Positions 26,208-36,988 of a stretch of DNA of 64,000 bases are shown in pieces. This DNA is from Alphaproteobacteria bacterium. Its GTDB lineage: Bacteria; Pseudomonadota; Alphaproteobacteria; Bin95. The position numbers and the translations under genes are program-made. The stretch spans positions 96,001-160,000 of the forward strand of contig OZ219786.1 in NCBI GenBank assembly GCA_964291285.2. Reading direction: 5' to 3'. Numbering within the stretch: the first letter of the stretch is position 1; every line of letters starts with the position of its first letter. The notes below the pieces were generated by a model, which was not told the DNA's origin, ran no database searches, and saw nothing but the letters and a program-made list of their open reading frames with translations.

Positions 26208-27808
26208 CCATTCTCGGCTGCGGCGGCTCCGCCGGCGTGCCGGTCGCGAGCGGCGACTGGGGCGCCTGCGACCCCGGTGACCCGCGAAACCGTCGCCGTC
26301 GTCCCTGCATCCTGATCGAGGCGGAAGGCACGCGCATAGTCGTCGATACCGGGCCGGATTTCCGCGAGCAGTGGCTTTCCGCGGGCGGCGGGCGGCTCGA
26401 CGCCGTCATCTACACCCATGCCCATGCCGACCATATTCACGGCATCGACGACCTGAAGTCCCTCTGCACCGAGCGCGGCGGTCCCATCGATGTTTACGGA
26501 CGGGCGGAAGTGCTGGAGCGGATCCGGCAGAGGTTCCCCTATGCCTTTGCCGGTCCCGTCGATGGACCGATCTACTTTCGGCCCTCCGTGAATCCGCATC
26601 CGGTCGAAGACCGTTTCGAGATTTCAGGCATTGGGTTCCGGGCCTTCGAGCAGCAACACGGGCAGGGACGGTCCACCGGGCTCAGGATCGGGAACTTCGC
26701 TTACAGCACCGACGTGTCGGCCCTCGACGAAGCCGCGTTCGAGGCGCTCGACGGAATCGAGACCTGGATCGTCGGCGCGGGCCATGCAGACTTCCCGAGC
26801 GGCAACCACGCCTTCCTGCCGGTCGTTCTGGAGTGGGTGGAACGCCTCGGACCTCAGCGTGTCGTGCTGACGCACCTTAATCATTTCATGGATTACCGCA
26901 CGGTCGCCGGCGAACTTCCGGAGGGGGTCGAGCCCGGCATCGACGGCATGACCTTCGACGTCCTTCCGAATTCGCCCGCCTCGATTTCCCATAATATACA
27001 TTATGCGATAATAAGATCGCAACCCGTTGATTCCCTTCTGGAAATCATGGCCACGCTGCGGGCGCCCTCTATTGGCTGTCCCTGGGATATCGAGCAGAAC
27101 TTCGAGACCATCGCGCCGTACACGGTCGAGGAAGCCTATGAAGTTGCGGAGGCCATCCGTTCCGGAGACCTCGACGCGCTGCGCGACGAGCTGGGCGACC
27201 TGCTCTTCCAGGTCGTCTTCCACGCAAGAATGGCCGAGGAGCGCGGCGCATTCGCCTTTGGCGATGTCGTCAATGCAGTTTCCGCCAAGATGGTCGCGCG
27301 CCATCCCCATGTCTTTGGCAGCGCGACGGTTGCCGACGCCGATGCGCAGACCGCCAACTGGGAGGCGCAGAAGGAACGCGAGCGGCAGCGCAAGGCCGAC
27401 GACGCCGGCGCGCCGCGTTCGAGCGTGCTGGACGATGTGCCGTTGGCCCTGCCGGCGCTGATGCGCGCGGAGAAACTGCAGCGCCGCGCGGCGCGGATCG
27501 GCTTCGACTGGCCGAACGCCGCGCCGGTTTTCGACAAGGTGCGCGAGGAACTCGAAGAAATTGCGGCGCCGGGCGCCGATGTTCCGGCCGAACTCGGCGA
27601 CCTGCTCTTTTCCGCCGTCAATCTCGCGCGTAAGCTCGGCGCCCAGCCGGAAACAGTGCTGCGGGACGCCAACGCCCGGTTCGAAAGGCGGTTTCGCCGG
27701 GTCGAAACCCTCGCGTACAAGGAAGGCATGGCGCTGGCGGAGGCGCCGCTCGCGGAACTGGACCGCTTGTGGGACCTCGCAAAACGGGAAGAAAAGGATG
27801 CAGGCTGA
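26198..27808 (+). CDS. mazG: In-frame fusion: MBL-fold metallo-hydrolase (PhnP-like) + nucleoside triphosphate pyrophosphohydrolase MazG
   Basis: N-term LGCGGSAGVP, THAHADHIHGIDD; C-term LLEIMATLR..GCPWDIEQ..EEAYEV, ELGDLL twice; no stop between domains. Confidence 0.8.
   Translation: MRITILGCGGSAGVPVASGDWGACDPGDPRNRRRRPCILIEAEGTRIVVDTGPDFREQWLSAGGGRLDAVIYTHAHADHIHGIDDLKSLCTERGGPIDVYGRAEVLERIRQRFPYAFAGPVDGPIYFRPSVNPHPVEDRFEISGIGFRAFEQQHGQGRSTGLRIGNFAYSTDVSALDEAAFEALDGIETWIVGAGHADFPSGNHAFLPVVLEWVERLGPQRVVLTHLNHFMDYRTVAGELPEGVEPGIDGMTFDVLPNSPASISHNIHYAIIRSQPVDSLLEIMATLRAPSIGCPWDIEQNFETIAPYTVEEAYEVAEAIRSGDLDALRDELGDLLFQVVFHARMAEERGAFAFGDVVNAVSAKMVARHPHVFGSATVADADAQTANWEAQKERERQRKADDAGAPRSSVLDDVPLALPALMRAEKLQRRAARIGFDWPNAAPVFDKVREELEEIAAPGADVPAELGDLLFSAVNLARKLGAQPETVLRDANARFERRFRRVETLAYKEGMALAEAPLAELDRLWDLAKREEKDAG
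26984..27011 (-). other. dif site (XerC/XerD chromosome dimer resolution site)
   Basis: Minus strand TTATCGCATAA-TGTATA-TTATGGGAAAT versus E. coli dif GGTGCGCATAA-TGTATA-TTATGTTAAAT; AT-rich patch in GC-rich DNA; KOPS polarity flips around it. Confidence 0.85.
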
Positions 27809-28946
27809 GCTTCAACAGGAACTCTCCCGCAGGCTGTTCGCCCATCTCGATGCGGGAACGACCGATGTCTGGCCGGAGGTCGTCCGCCAGCCGGTCAGCG
27901 CCTATACCTGCCCCGAGCGGGCCGAACGGGAAAACCGGGAGCTGTTCCGGAGGCGCCCACTCTTCGTCGGGCTCTCGGGGCTGTTGCCGAATCCCGGAGA
28001 CTGGATCACCAGTGACGAGACCGGCATACCGGTGCTCATCGTCCGCGGCCGCGACGGGGAACTCAGGGCTTTCGCAAATGTCTGCCGCCATCGCGGGGCG
28101 AGGCTCGTCGATGGCCGCGGCTGCGGCGCGGCCTCCTTCTCCTGTCCATACCACGGTTGGACCTATGACCTTGAGGGCCGGCTGATCGGCTTGCCCGACG
28201 AACGCAATTTCCCGGGTGTCGAACGGGACGGCCACCGGCTGGCGCCGGTGCCGGTGGCGGAGAAGCACGGCATGGTCTTCGTGCAGGCGACGCCGGGCGA
28301 GCCGTTCGATGTGGATGAACTGCTGGAAGGCATGGCCGCGGAGCTTGCGCCTTATCGGCTCGAAGGCTGGACGCCCTACTCCCACCAGCGCTTCGATTTC
28401 TCCATGAACTGGAAGATCGCCGTCGACACCTTCCTGGAGCCCTACCACTTCCCTTTCCTGCACAAGAACACCGTCGGCCCGATCTTTATCGGCAATCTCT
28501 GTCTTTACGATGGTTTCGGGCCGCATCTTCGCGAGGTACTGCCGCGCCATGGCCTCCGCGAGATGCGCGAGAAGCCGCCGGAGGACTGGGACCTCGTGGA
28601 CAACTCGGCGCTCGTTTACGTGTTTTTCCCGAATACCGCCTTCATCGTCCAGAAGGACCATATGGAAGTCTGGCGCTGCTTCCCGAAAAAGGACGGCGGA
28701 CCGGGCGCTTCGACGGTCCTGTTCGACTTCTACATCCCGAATCCGGTGCGGAGCGAAAAAGCACGCACCCATTGGGACAAGAACGTCGATCTGGCGGTGC
28801 GCACCGTGATCGAGGAAGACTTCCCGACCGGCGAGACGATCCAGGCGGGCTTCGCCGCCGGGGTGAACGCGCATGTCACCATCGGCCGGAACGAGCCGGC
28901 CGTTGCGCATTTCGAAACGGTGGCGAACCGCTACGTCGCGGCCTGA
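27798..28946 (+). CDS. Rieske aromatic ring-hydroxylating oxygenase alpha-subunit family protein
   Basis: NVCRHRG...CPYHGW Rieske motif; NWK..DTFLEPYH..FLH mononuclear iron site. Confidence 0.9.
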   Translation: MQAELQQELSRRLFAHLDAGTTDVWPEVVRQPVSAYTCPERAERENRELFRRRPLFVGLSGLLPNPGDWITSDETGIPVLIVRGRDGELRAFANVCRHRGARLVDGRGCGAASFSCPYHGWTYDLEGRLIGLPDERNFPGVERDGHRLAPVPVAEKHGMVFVQATPGEPFDVDELLEGMAAELAPYRLEGWTPYSHQRFDFSMNWKIAVDTFLEPYHFPFLHKNTVGPIFIGNLCLYDGFGPHLREVLPRHGLREMREKPPEDWDLVDNSALVYVFFPNTAFIVQKDHMEVWRCFPKKDGGPGASTVLFDFYIPNPVRSEKARTHWDKNVDLAVRTVIEEDFPTGETIQAGFAAGVNAHVTIGRNEPAVAHFETVANRYVAA

Positions 28947-29359
28947 AGCGCGTCCAGCGTCGTCTCGAAAGGCAGCAATACCGCGCCGTGGCGCGCTGTT
29001 ACTTCGCGCACAGGTTCAAGGCGTTCGAACGCGCTCCACACGCCCTTCGGCGTTGCCCCGCCCTTCAGGAACGCTTCGACCTGGGCGCGACCTTCCTCGA
29101 CCTCCCGGGCACTGCGTCCGGGCGCCGTCTCCGCAAACAGCGCCGCCGACGCCTGGCCGAAGGCGCAGGCCTGGATGCGCTGCGCATAGTCGGCAATCCG
29201 GCCGTCCCGGACCGCAAGCTCGACCGTCATCGCACTGCCGCAAAGCCGGCTGGTGCGCGTCGCAGCCCCGTCGGCATCGGCCAGCCGTCCCACGCGGGAA
29301 ATGCCGCCCGCAAGACGGAGGATGTCGCGCGTGTAGAGCTTGAAGAGCGCGTCCGTCAT
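28931..29359 (-). CDS. NifU/IscU-like Fe-S scaffold protein
   Basis: LYTRDILRLA, SRLCGS, ACAFGQASAA; ATG 29359. Confidence 0.8.
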   Translation of the reverse strand: MTDALFKLYTRDILRLAGGISRVGRLADADGAATRTSRLCGSAMTVELAVRDGRIADYAQRIQACAFGQASAALFAETAPGRSAREVEEGRAQVEAFLKGGATPKGVWSAFERLEPVREVTARHGAVLLPFETTLDALQAAT

Positions 29360-29421
29360 GGCAGAGCCCATCTGGGCCCGGGGAGGGCCGGCGGCAAGGC
29401 CCTGCCCTCCCCCGCCGGCGC

Positions 29422-30996
29422 TTACTTCTTCACGACATAGTAGAGCATGAACTGGTTGTCGGCGCGCTGGGCGAGCTCGACGGAGTCGCTCTTGCCCCAT
29501 GCAAGTCCCTGCTGGTGCAGTGGAATCGTGCCGACTTCCGAGGCAGCGATCCCGTAGGCCTTCGCGATCATGGCGTTGCGTTCCGCCTCGTCGGTCGAGA
29601 CCTTGATCCTGTCGGTCAGCGCATCGACTTCCTTGTTGCAGTAGCCGCCGACATTGAACTTGCCGCGCCCGGTTTCCTCCCGGCAATTCAGGAGGTTGTA
29701 GAGCACGTTCCAGCTATCGAACGAACCCGGTGTCCAGCCGAGCAGGAAGAAGCTGGTGTCGTAGTTCGGCCCCAGGATCTTCTTGAAGAACAGCGCCTTC
29801 GGTTCGGCCACAAGGTTCACCTTGACGCCGACCTTGGCGAGCATCGAGGAAATCGCGATGCAGATCTGCTCGTCGTTCACATAACGGTTGTTCGGGCAGT
29901 TCATGCCGACCTCGAATCCCTCGGCGTAACCGGCTTCCGCCAGAAGCGATTTCGCCTTGTCCGGATCATAGGCAAGGCGCTCAATGCCGGGCGCATGCGG
30001 GAAGAGCTTCGGTGAGATCATCAGCGCCGAGGGGTCGGACAGGCGGCGCATCACCTTCTTGCGGATCGCGTCGATATTGATCGCGTGATAGAAGGCCTGC
30101 CGCACCCGCACATCCTTGAACGGGTTGGCACCCTTGACGCTCGAATAGAGAAGTTCGTCGCGGGCGATGTCGAGGCCGAGGAAGATCGTGCGCAGTTCGG
30201 GGCCGATCAGCACCGAGGTGCCGTCATTGCCGTCCACGCGCTTGATGTCCTGCACCGGCACGGGATAGGCCATGTCGATCTCGCCGGAGAGCAGCGCGGC
30301 GACTCGGGTCGCGTCGGAGCCGATCGGCTTGAAGACCACGCGCGTCAGGTTGTGCTTCGGCGTGTCCCACCAGCCTTCATGCGGCTCCAGCACCGTCTCC
30401 ACATCAGTCTCGCGCTTCACGACCTTGAAGGGTCCGGTGCCGTTGGCGTTGAAGGCGGCGAAATTGTCCGTGCCTTCGGCAAGCGAGGTCGGCGCTGCGG
30501 CGTTGTTCGCTTCCGACCACTCCTTGTCCATGATGTACCAGGTCGCCCATTCCGAATGCAGGATCGGGTTGGGGCCGTCGGTCACGAAATCGACCGTGTA
30601 GTCATCGACCTTCTCGACCTTGACGCTCTTGGCGATGCGGGTCGTCAGGTCCGACCCCTCGGCCCGCACGCGGTCGGCGGAGAAGATCACGTCGTCGGCG
30701 TTGAAGGGGTTGCCGTTGTGGAAGACGACGCCCAGCCGCAGGTAGAAGCGCCACCGGTCGGGCTCGACGATCTCCCAGCGCTCGGCGAGTGCGGGCTGGA
30801 TGTCCAGGTCGGGGCCGCGCCGTATCAGCCCTTCATAGACATTGCCGAGCAGGCCGAGCGTGAAGGTCTCGTTCAGCACATAGGGATCGAGCGCCTGCGC
30901 GTCGCCCTGGAACGACCAGGTGAAGGTCTTGGCGCCGGCGGGCATCGCCATGGCCATCGTCGCGGCGATCGCCGCCGCAGCTGTTCGGAGTCGCAT
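29422..30996 (-). CDS. Peptide/nickel ABC transporter solute-binding protein (family 5)
   Basis: Signal peptide; PALAERWE, FHNGNPFNADDV, GTGPF, DVRVRQA. Confidence 0.9.
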   Translation of the reverse strand: MRLRTAAAAIAATMAMAMPAGAKTFTWSFQGDAQALDPYVLNETFTLGLLGNVYEGLIRRGPDLDIQPALAERWEIVEPDRWRFYLRLGVVFHNGNPFNADDVIFSADRVRAEGSDLTTRIAKSVKVEKVDDYTVDFVTDGPNPILHSEWATWYIMDKEWSEANNAAAPTSLAEGTDNFAAFNANGTGPFKVVKRETDVETVLEPHEGWWDTPKHNLTRVVFKPIGSDATRVAALLSGEIDMAYPVPVQDIKRVDGNDGTSVLIGPELRTIFLGLDIARDELLYSSVKGANPFKDVRVRQAFYHAINIDAIRKKVMRRLSDPSALMISPKLFPHAPGIERLAYDPDKAKSLLAEAGYAEGFEVGMNCPNNRYVNDEQICIAISSMLAKVGVKVNLVAEPKALFFKKILGPNYDTSFFLLGWTPGSFDSWNVLYNLLNCREETGRGKFNVGGYCNKEVDALTDRIKVSTDEAERNAMIAKAYGIAASEVGTIPLHQQGLAWGKSDSVELAQRADNQFMLYYVVKK

Positions 30997-31043
30997 CCTC
31001 GGAGCCTCTCAAAGTCGGTTGCGGGACGAGAACCTAAGCCGCC

Positions 31044-32009
31044 TCACCCGCCGTCGTAAAGCCAGCATGCCGCGCGGTTGGAGCCGCCCGTTTCCACCAG
31101 TTCCGGGCGTTCGCTGCGGCAGCGCGCAAAAACCTTCGGACAGCGCGGCCCGAAGGCGCAACCGGCGGGAATCTCGGTCAGGCGCGGCATCGCGCCTTCG
31201 ATCTGGACCAACCGGTCCCGGCGCTCCGCCATGGACGGGATCGAACCCATCAGGCCCTCCGTGTAGGGATGGCGCGCAGCCTGGATGACATCGCGCACCG
31301 GGCCGATCTCGGCGATCCGTCCGGCATACATCACCGCCACCCTGTCCGCTGTCTCGGCGATCACGCCCATATCATGCGTCACCAGCATCACCGCCGTGCC
31401 GTGCTCCCGGCAGAGGCGCTTGAGAAGCGCGATGATCTGCGCCTGGATCGAAACGTCGAGAGCCGTCGTCGGCTCGTCGGCGATCAGCAGGCGCGGATTG
31501 GCCGCGAGCGCGAGCGCGATCACCACACGCTGGCGCATGCCGCCCGAAAACTCGTGCGGATAGCTGTTGATGCGGCGCTCGGCGGCCGGAATGCCGACTT
31601 CCGACAGCAATTCGAGCGCGCGGTCCCGCGCCGCCCGCTCGCCGAGGTCGAGATGGGTCGTAATCGTTTCGGTGAGTTGGCGGCCTATGGTGTAGAGTGG
31701 GTTGAGGCTGGTCAGCGGGTCCTGGAACACGGCGCCGATCTGCTTGCCGCGAATGCGGCGCATGGCTTCCGGGGCGAGATTGTCGATGCGCTGGCCGGCG
31801 AGACGGATTCGCCCGTCCGCAATTCGTCCCGGCGGCTCCAGCAGGCCGATGATCGACATGCCGGTCAGCGACTTGCCGGCGCCGGATTCGCCGACCACGC
31901 CCAGCACCTCGCCCTCTTCTATCGCGAAGGAGATGTCGTCCACCGCAACCAGCACGCCGCGCCGCGTCGGGAACTCGACCCGGAGGTTCTCGACCTCAAG
32001 CAGTGGCAT
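31044..32009 (-). CDS. Oligopeptide/dipeptide ABC ATPase (DppD/OppD-like)
   Basis: GESGAGKS, YPHEFSGGMRQR, DEPTTALD, C-terminal CAFGPRC. Confidence 0.9.
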   Translation of the reverse strand: MPLLEVENLRVEFPTRRGVLVAVDDISFAIEEGEVLGVVGESGAGKSLTGMSIIGLLEPPGRIADGRIRLAGQRIDNLAPEAMRRIRGKQIGAVFQDPLTSLNPLYTIGRQLTETITTHLDLGERAARDRALELLSEVGIPAAERRINSYPHEFSGGMRQRVVIALALAANPRLLIADEPTTALDVSIQAQIIALLKRLCREHGTAVMLVTHDMGVIAETADRVAVMYAGRIAEIGPVRDVIQAARHPYTEGLMGSIPSMAERRDRLVQIEGAMPRLTEIPAGCAFGPRCPKVFARCRSERPELVETGGSNRAACWLYDGG

Positions 32010-32085
32010 CGCATCGCTCCCGTTCGCCGCCCGGCACCGCTATAAAGGCCGGCGGCAAGTGTCTTCTGCGGGAGGAATAACATCG

Positions 32086-33717
<1,632 letters not shown>

Positions 33718-33805
33718 CGGGTCGGACCTGCCGGGCGTTGCGCTCCGGTTTCCGTTCCATGCGCTTCCGTCGGGCACGGTCTCGCCGGGCGGCGGGACCC
33801 CCTGC

Positions 33806-33836
33806 GAAGTGTCATGAAGTGTCATGTTCTGTCATG
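33806..33836. repeat. Three 10-bp-period direct repeats with core TGTCATG
   Basis: GAAGTGTCAT GAAGTGTCAT GTTCTGTCAT G. Confidence 0.7.
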
Positions 33837-33874
33837 TCCGGGGATGCGCGCGCCTCCCGCCGGCCCCCTTTCCA

Positions 33875-34870
33875 TCATGCCCGGACTCGTTCCTGGCATG
33901 ACGATGTGAGGCCATGGCGGGAAGAGGGCCGGTCCGGCAGGAAGCTGCCGTCGTCGAAGCCGTCCCGCCGGTCCTTACCGTCCTCGTCGAAGGGGTCGTC
34001 GCCGCAGCGCCTCTCTTCCCGTTCGATCCGGTTCCGCCTGCGTTCCTCGACCTCCTCCGGGGCCCAGGGGTCGTAGATGTCGTCGTAGCCGTTGCGGCGC
34101 TGGTAGAGCCAGTCGTGTTCGGCGCTGTCGGCCCGGTCGTCGTCGATCCTGTCCTCGTGGCCGGGCGTGTCGGCGGCGGCCCAGGGGCAGTATTCGTAGG
34201 TCTCCTCGGGCGGGTCGTCGGCCGGCGGCAGGTCGTCCGGGGGCGGTGCGGGCAGCCCGAAGCCGAAGGGCAGGCGGGAGCGCTCCTCGACGGCCGCGGC
34301 GAGCCTGCGGGCGGCCTCCCCGTGCGCGGCCCCGTCGAAACCGTCGCGCGCCTCCATCGCCTCCCGGCAGGCATGGTGGCGTTCGAGCGCGCGTTCGGCC
34401 CGCTCCTGCCCCAGGCGCACGGCTTCGGCGAGCGGCCCCGGCTCGGTGCCGGCTGCGCGCGCCTCGCCCGCTTCGATCTCGCCGAACTCGTCCTCGTGCG
34501 GCATCGGCCAGAGGCGGGCGCGGTTGGCCCCGCCGGGCTTCACCAGGCCGGTAATCTCCGCCTGGAAGCGCAGCACCCGGAGCATGGTGTGGGCCGAGCC
34601 GCTGGCGACGGCGGCGTCCCAGACCTGCTCCAGCCGGGCCAGCAGGATGGCGGCTTCGTCCTTTTCGGTGCGCTTCCACGACAGGCGGATGCGGCGCAGG
34701 CGCTCGACGATGTGAGGGCGCTCCAGCAGGGCGCATCCGGTCTGGCGGGCGGAGCGTTCTGAGTAGCCGGCCCGCCTTGCGGCGTCGGCGGCATTGCCGG
34801 AGACGGCATAGTGGCGGCAGAAGGCCTCCTGACGTGTGGAGAGCGCAATGGCGGGGTCGATGATGGGCAT
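33875..34870 (-). CDS. Orphan protein with terminase small subunit-like N-terminal HTH and acidic low-complexity tail
   Basis: LSTRQEAFCRHYAVSGNAADAARRAGYSERSARQTGCALLERPHI resembles TerS N-termini; start ATG 34870 (ORF track extends to 34912). Confidence 0.7.
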   Translation of the reverse strand: MPIIDPAIALSTRQEAFCRHYAVSGNAADAARRAGYSERSARQTGCALLERPHIVERLRRIRLSWKRTEKDEAAILLARLEQVWDAAVASGSAHTMLRVLRFQAEITGLVKPGGANRARLWPMPHEDEFGEIEAGEARAAGTEPGPLAEAVRLGQERAERALERHHACREAMEARDGFDGAAHGEAARRLAAAVEERSRLPFGFGLPAPPPDDLPPADDPPEETYEYCPWAAADTPGHEDRIDDDRADSAEHDWLYQRRNGYDDIYDPWAPEEVEERRRNRIEREERRCGDDPFDEDGKDRRDGFDDGSFLPDRPSSRHGLTSSCQERVRA

Positions 34871-35127
34871 GGGGCGGCGGCTCCTTTCGTTCCGCTGGCG
34901 TTCGACAAACAAACCCGGCTGCGGTACGGGACCGCGCCGGGCCGGGGGGCGGCGTTGACGGGCAGCACCGCCCCGTCGGGGAGCGACCCTGTTTCGCGCG
35001 TATCGCGTGCGGGCGCGGGCGGGTGTCGGCGCCGGCGCGGTTCGCGCGCCTGATTGCGCGCGCGAGCCGCAGGGCGCACTTCGCCTGTGCGTCGAATCGG
35101 GGTCGTTCCGCGCCGGGCCGGCGCGAA

Positions 35128-35159
35128 GGGAGGCGAAGTCCGCGCGGACTTCGCCTCCC
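35128..35159. repeat. Perfect 32-bp palindrome
   Basis: GGGAGGCGAAGTCCGC|GCGGACTTCGCCTCCC. Confidence 0.85.
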
Positions 35160-35351
35160 CCGGACCTATCTAGGCATAGATTTTCCGGAGGTCAAGTCTT
35201 TTTCAGGAAATGTTTCTGATTTTTTAAACGAACTGAGATTTCAACAACCGGAACACAAGGCAATACCCGTCCCGGCCCTTCCCCGTCATACCCCGTATCG
35301 TCATGCCCGCCAAAGCCGGACCGGGGCGGCGATTGCGGGATTGCACTGCCT

Positions 35352-36257
35352 TCAGCGGTTGTCCCGCGCGCGTTCGGCGTAGCGGTTGTCCACGCAGGCT
35401 TCGTAGGGGATATCGCGGGCGATGAAGCCGCCGGAGATGAGCGCGCCCTTAAGGCGCACGAAACCTTCCAGCGGCAGCACCGGGTCCCGACCCCAGACGC
35501 CACCCGCCCTGTAGCGCGCCAGCGCGCCGGCGAGCCGTGCCGGGGCGAGGTCCGGGAAATAGCCCTGCAGCCGCGCCGCCAGCGCCCTTGCGTCGTGGCC
35601 GTGCAGCCAGCTCAGCGCTTCCATCACGCCGCCGGCGAGCGCGGAGAGCGCATCGGGATTGGCCTCGGCGAAGCCCCGGGAGGTGTAGAGCGTCGTGTAG
35701 GAGGTCGGCCCCCGCGAGGCGGCGGCGTACCAGACATGGCCGGCGCCCTCATGCAGCAGTTCTTCCACGAACGGTTCGAACACCTGGATCGCATCCACCC
35801 TGCCCTCGCGCAGCGCGTCCGCGTTCTCCGCCATGCTGCGGCCCGCCTCCCGGTTCATGGCGGCCGGGTCGAGGCCGGCGCGGCGGATGTCGTCCTGGAG
35901 GCAGAGCCATGGCGTCGGCACTTCCGAAACGCTGGCGAAGCGCGCGTCCATGAGGTCGGCGAAGCGGAAATCCGGATTCGGCTCCCGCCCGACCACATAG
36001 AACGGGTCGCGCGTGACCGCCTCCGCAAACGCCACCACCATCCCGTCCCCGTGCTGCTGCTGATACTGCATCATGCGCATCGGGCCGCCCCAGACGACAT
36101 CGGCGCCGCTGCCGAACAGGCTCGAAGCGGCGTCGTCGGGGCTGTCCGGCCGGCCGAATTCCACCTCGAGGCCGCGCCGGCCGTAAGCGTCCAGTTCGAG
36201 TGCCAGGTAGAAGGGCGCGTAGAAGACGGCCCGAAGCGACTCGAACAGCCTCACCAT
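35352..36257 (-). CDS. ABC solute-binding protein, NMT1/TauA-like
   Basis: RAVFYAPFYLA..GLEVE, WGGPMR, DAIQVFEP. Confidence 0.8.
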   Translation of the reverse strand: MVRLFESLRAVFYAPFYLALELDAYGRRGLEVEFGRPDSPDDAASSLFGSGADVVWGGPMRMMQYQQQHGDGMVVAFAEAVTRDPFYVVGREPNPDFRFADLMDARFASVSEVPTPWLCLQDDIRRAGLDPAAMNREAGRSMAENADALREGRVDAIQVFEPFVEELLHEGAGHVWYAAASRGPTSYTTLYTSRGFAEANPDALSALAGGVMEALSWLHGHDARALAARLQGYFPDLAPARLAGALARYRAGGVWGRDPVLPLEGFVRLKGALISGGFIARDIPYEACVDNRYAERARDNR

Positions 36258-36988
36258 GCGTTGTAACCGCCGTCCACCAGCAGGTCGGCGCCGGTCATGT
36301 AGCTGGACTCGTCGCTAGCGAGGAAGAGCGCGGCTTCGGCGATTTCCTCCGGGCGGCCCATGCGGTCCAGCATCGTGAGCGCGCCGTTCTCCCGTTCCGC
36401 CGCCTCCCGTCCTCCGTGCTTGGCGTGGACGCGCGGCGTGCCGATGGGGCCGGGCGAGAGGCTGTTGACGCGGATGCCTTCGCCCGCATGGTCGATCGCC
36501 ATGACCTTGGCCAGCTGGATCAGCGCCCCCTTGGCGGCGTTGTACCAGCAGTGCCCCGGCTTGCCGACCTGGCCCAGTTGCGAGGCCACATGGACGATGC
36601 TGCCGCCGCCGCTCGCCGCGATCAGCGGAACGGCGTATTTGCTCATCAGGAAGGGGCCGGTGAGATTGACCGCCATCGACCGAGTCCAGTCCTCCTCCGC
36701 GACATCGACAACAGTCCCGTAACGCACGAAGACGGCGGCATTGTTGACGAGGACATGCAGTCCGTCGAAACGCTCCTTCGCCAGCTCTGCCGCGGCCCTG
36801 GCGTCGGCGGCGCGGGACACGTCGCAGCGCATCGCAACCGCACCCTCCGGCGCGCGCTCCACAATGTCGGCCGCATTGTCCGCCGCGATGACCTCCGCGC
36901 CCTCGCGCAGGAAGGCGGCGGCGATGGCGTGGCCGATACCGCCGGCCGCGCCGGTGACGATGGCGGCCTTGCCCGCGAGCCGGGCCAC
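36251..36988 (-). CDS. SDR family oxidoreductase
   Basis: GTG at 36988; TGAAGGIG, NNAA, YNAAKG. Confidence 0.85.
   Translation of the reverse strand: MARLAGKAAIVTGAAGGIGHAIAAAFLREGAEVIAADNAADIVERAPEGAVAMRCDVSRAADARAAAELAKERFDGLHVLVNNAAVFVRYGTVVDVAEEDWTRSMAVNLTGPFLMSKYAVPLIAASGGGSIVHVASQLGQVGKPGHCWYNAAKGALIQLAKVMAIDHAGEGIRVNSLSPGPIGTPRVHAKHGGREAAERENGALTMLDRMGRPEEIAEAALFLASDESSYMTGADLLVDGGYNAW

Noticed and set aside
33806-33836. Possible CRISPR array
   Set aside because: Repeats are only 10 bp with no spacers and no cas genes.
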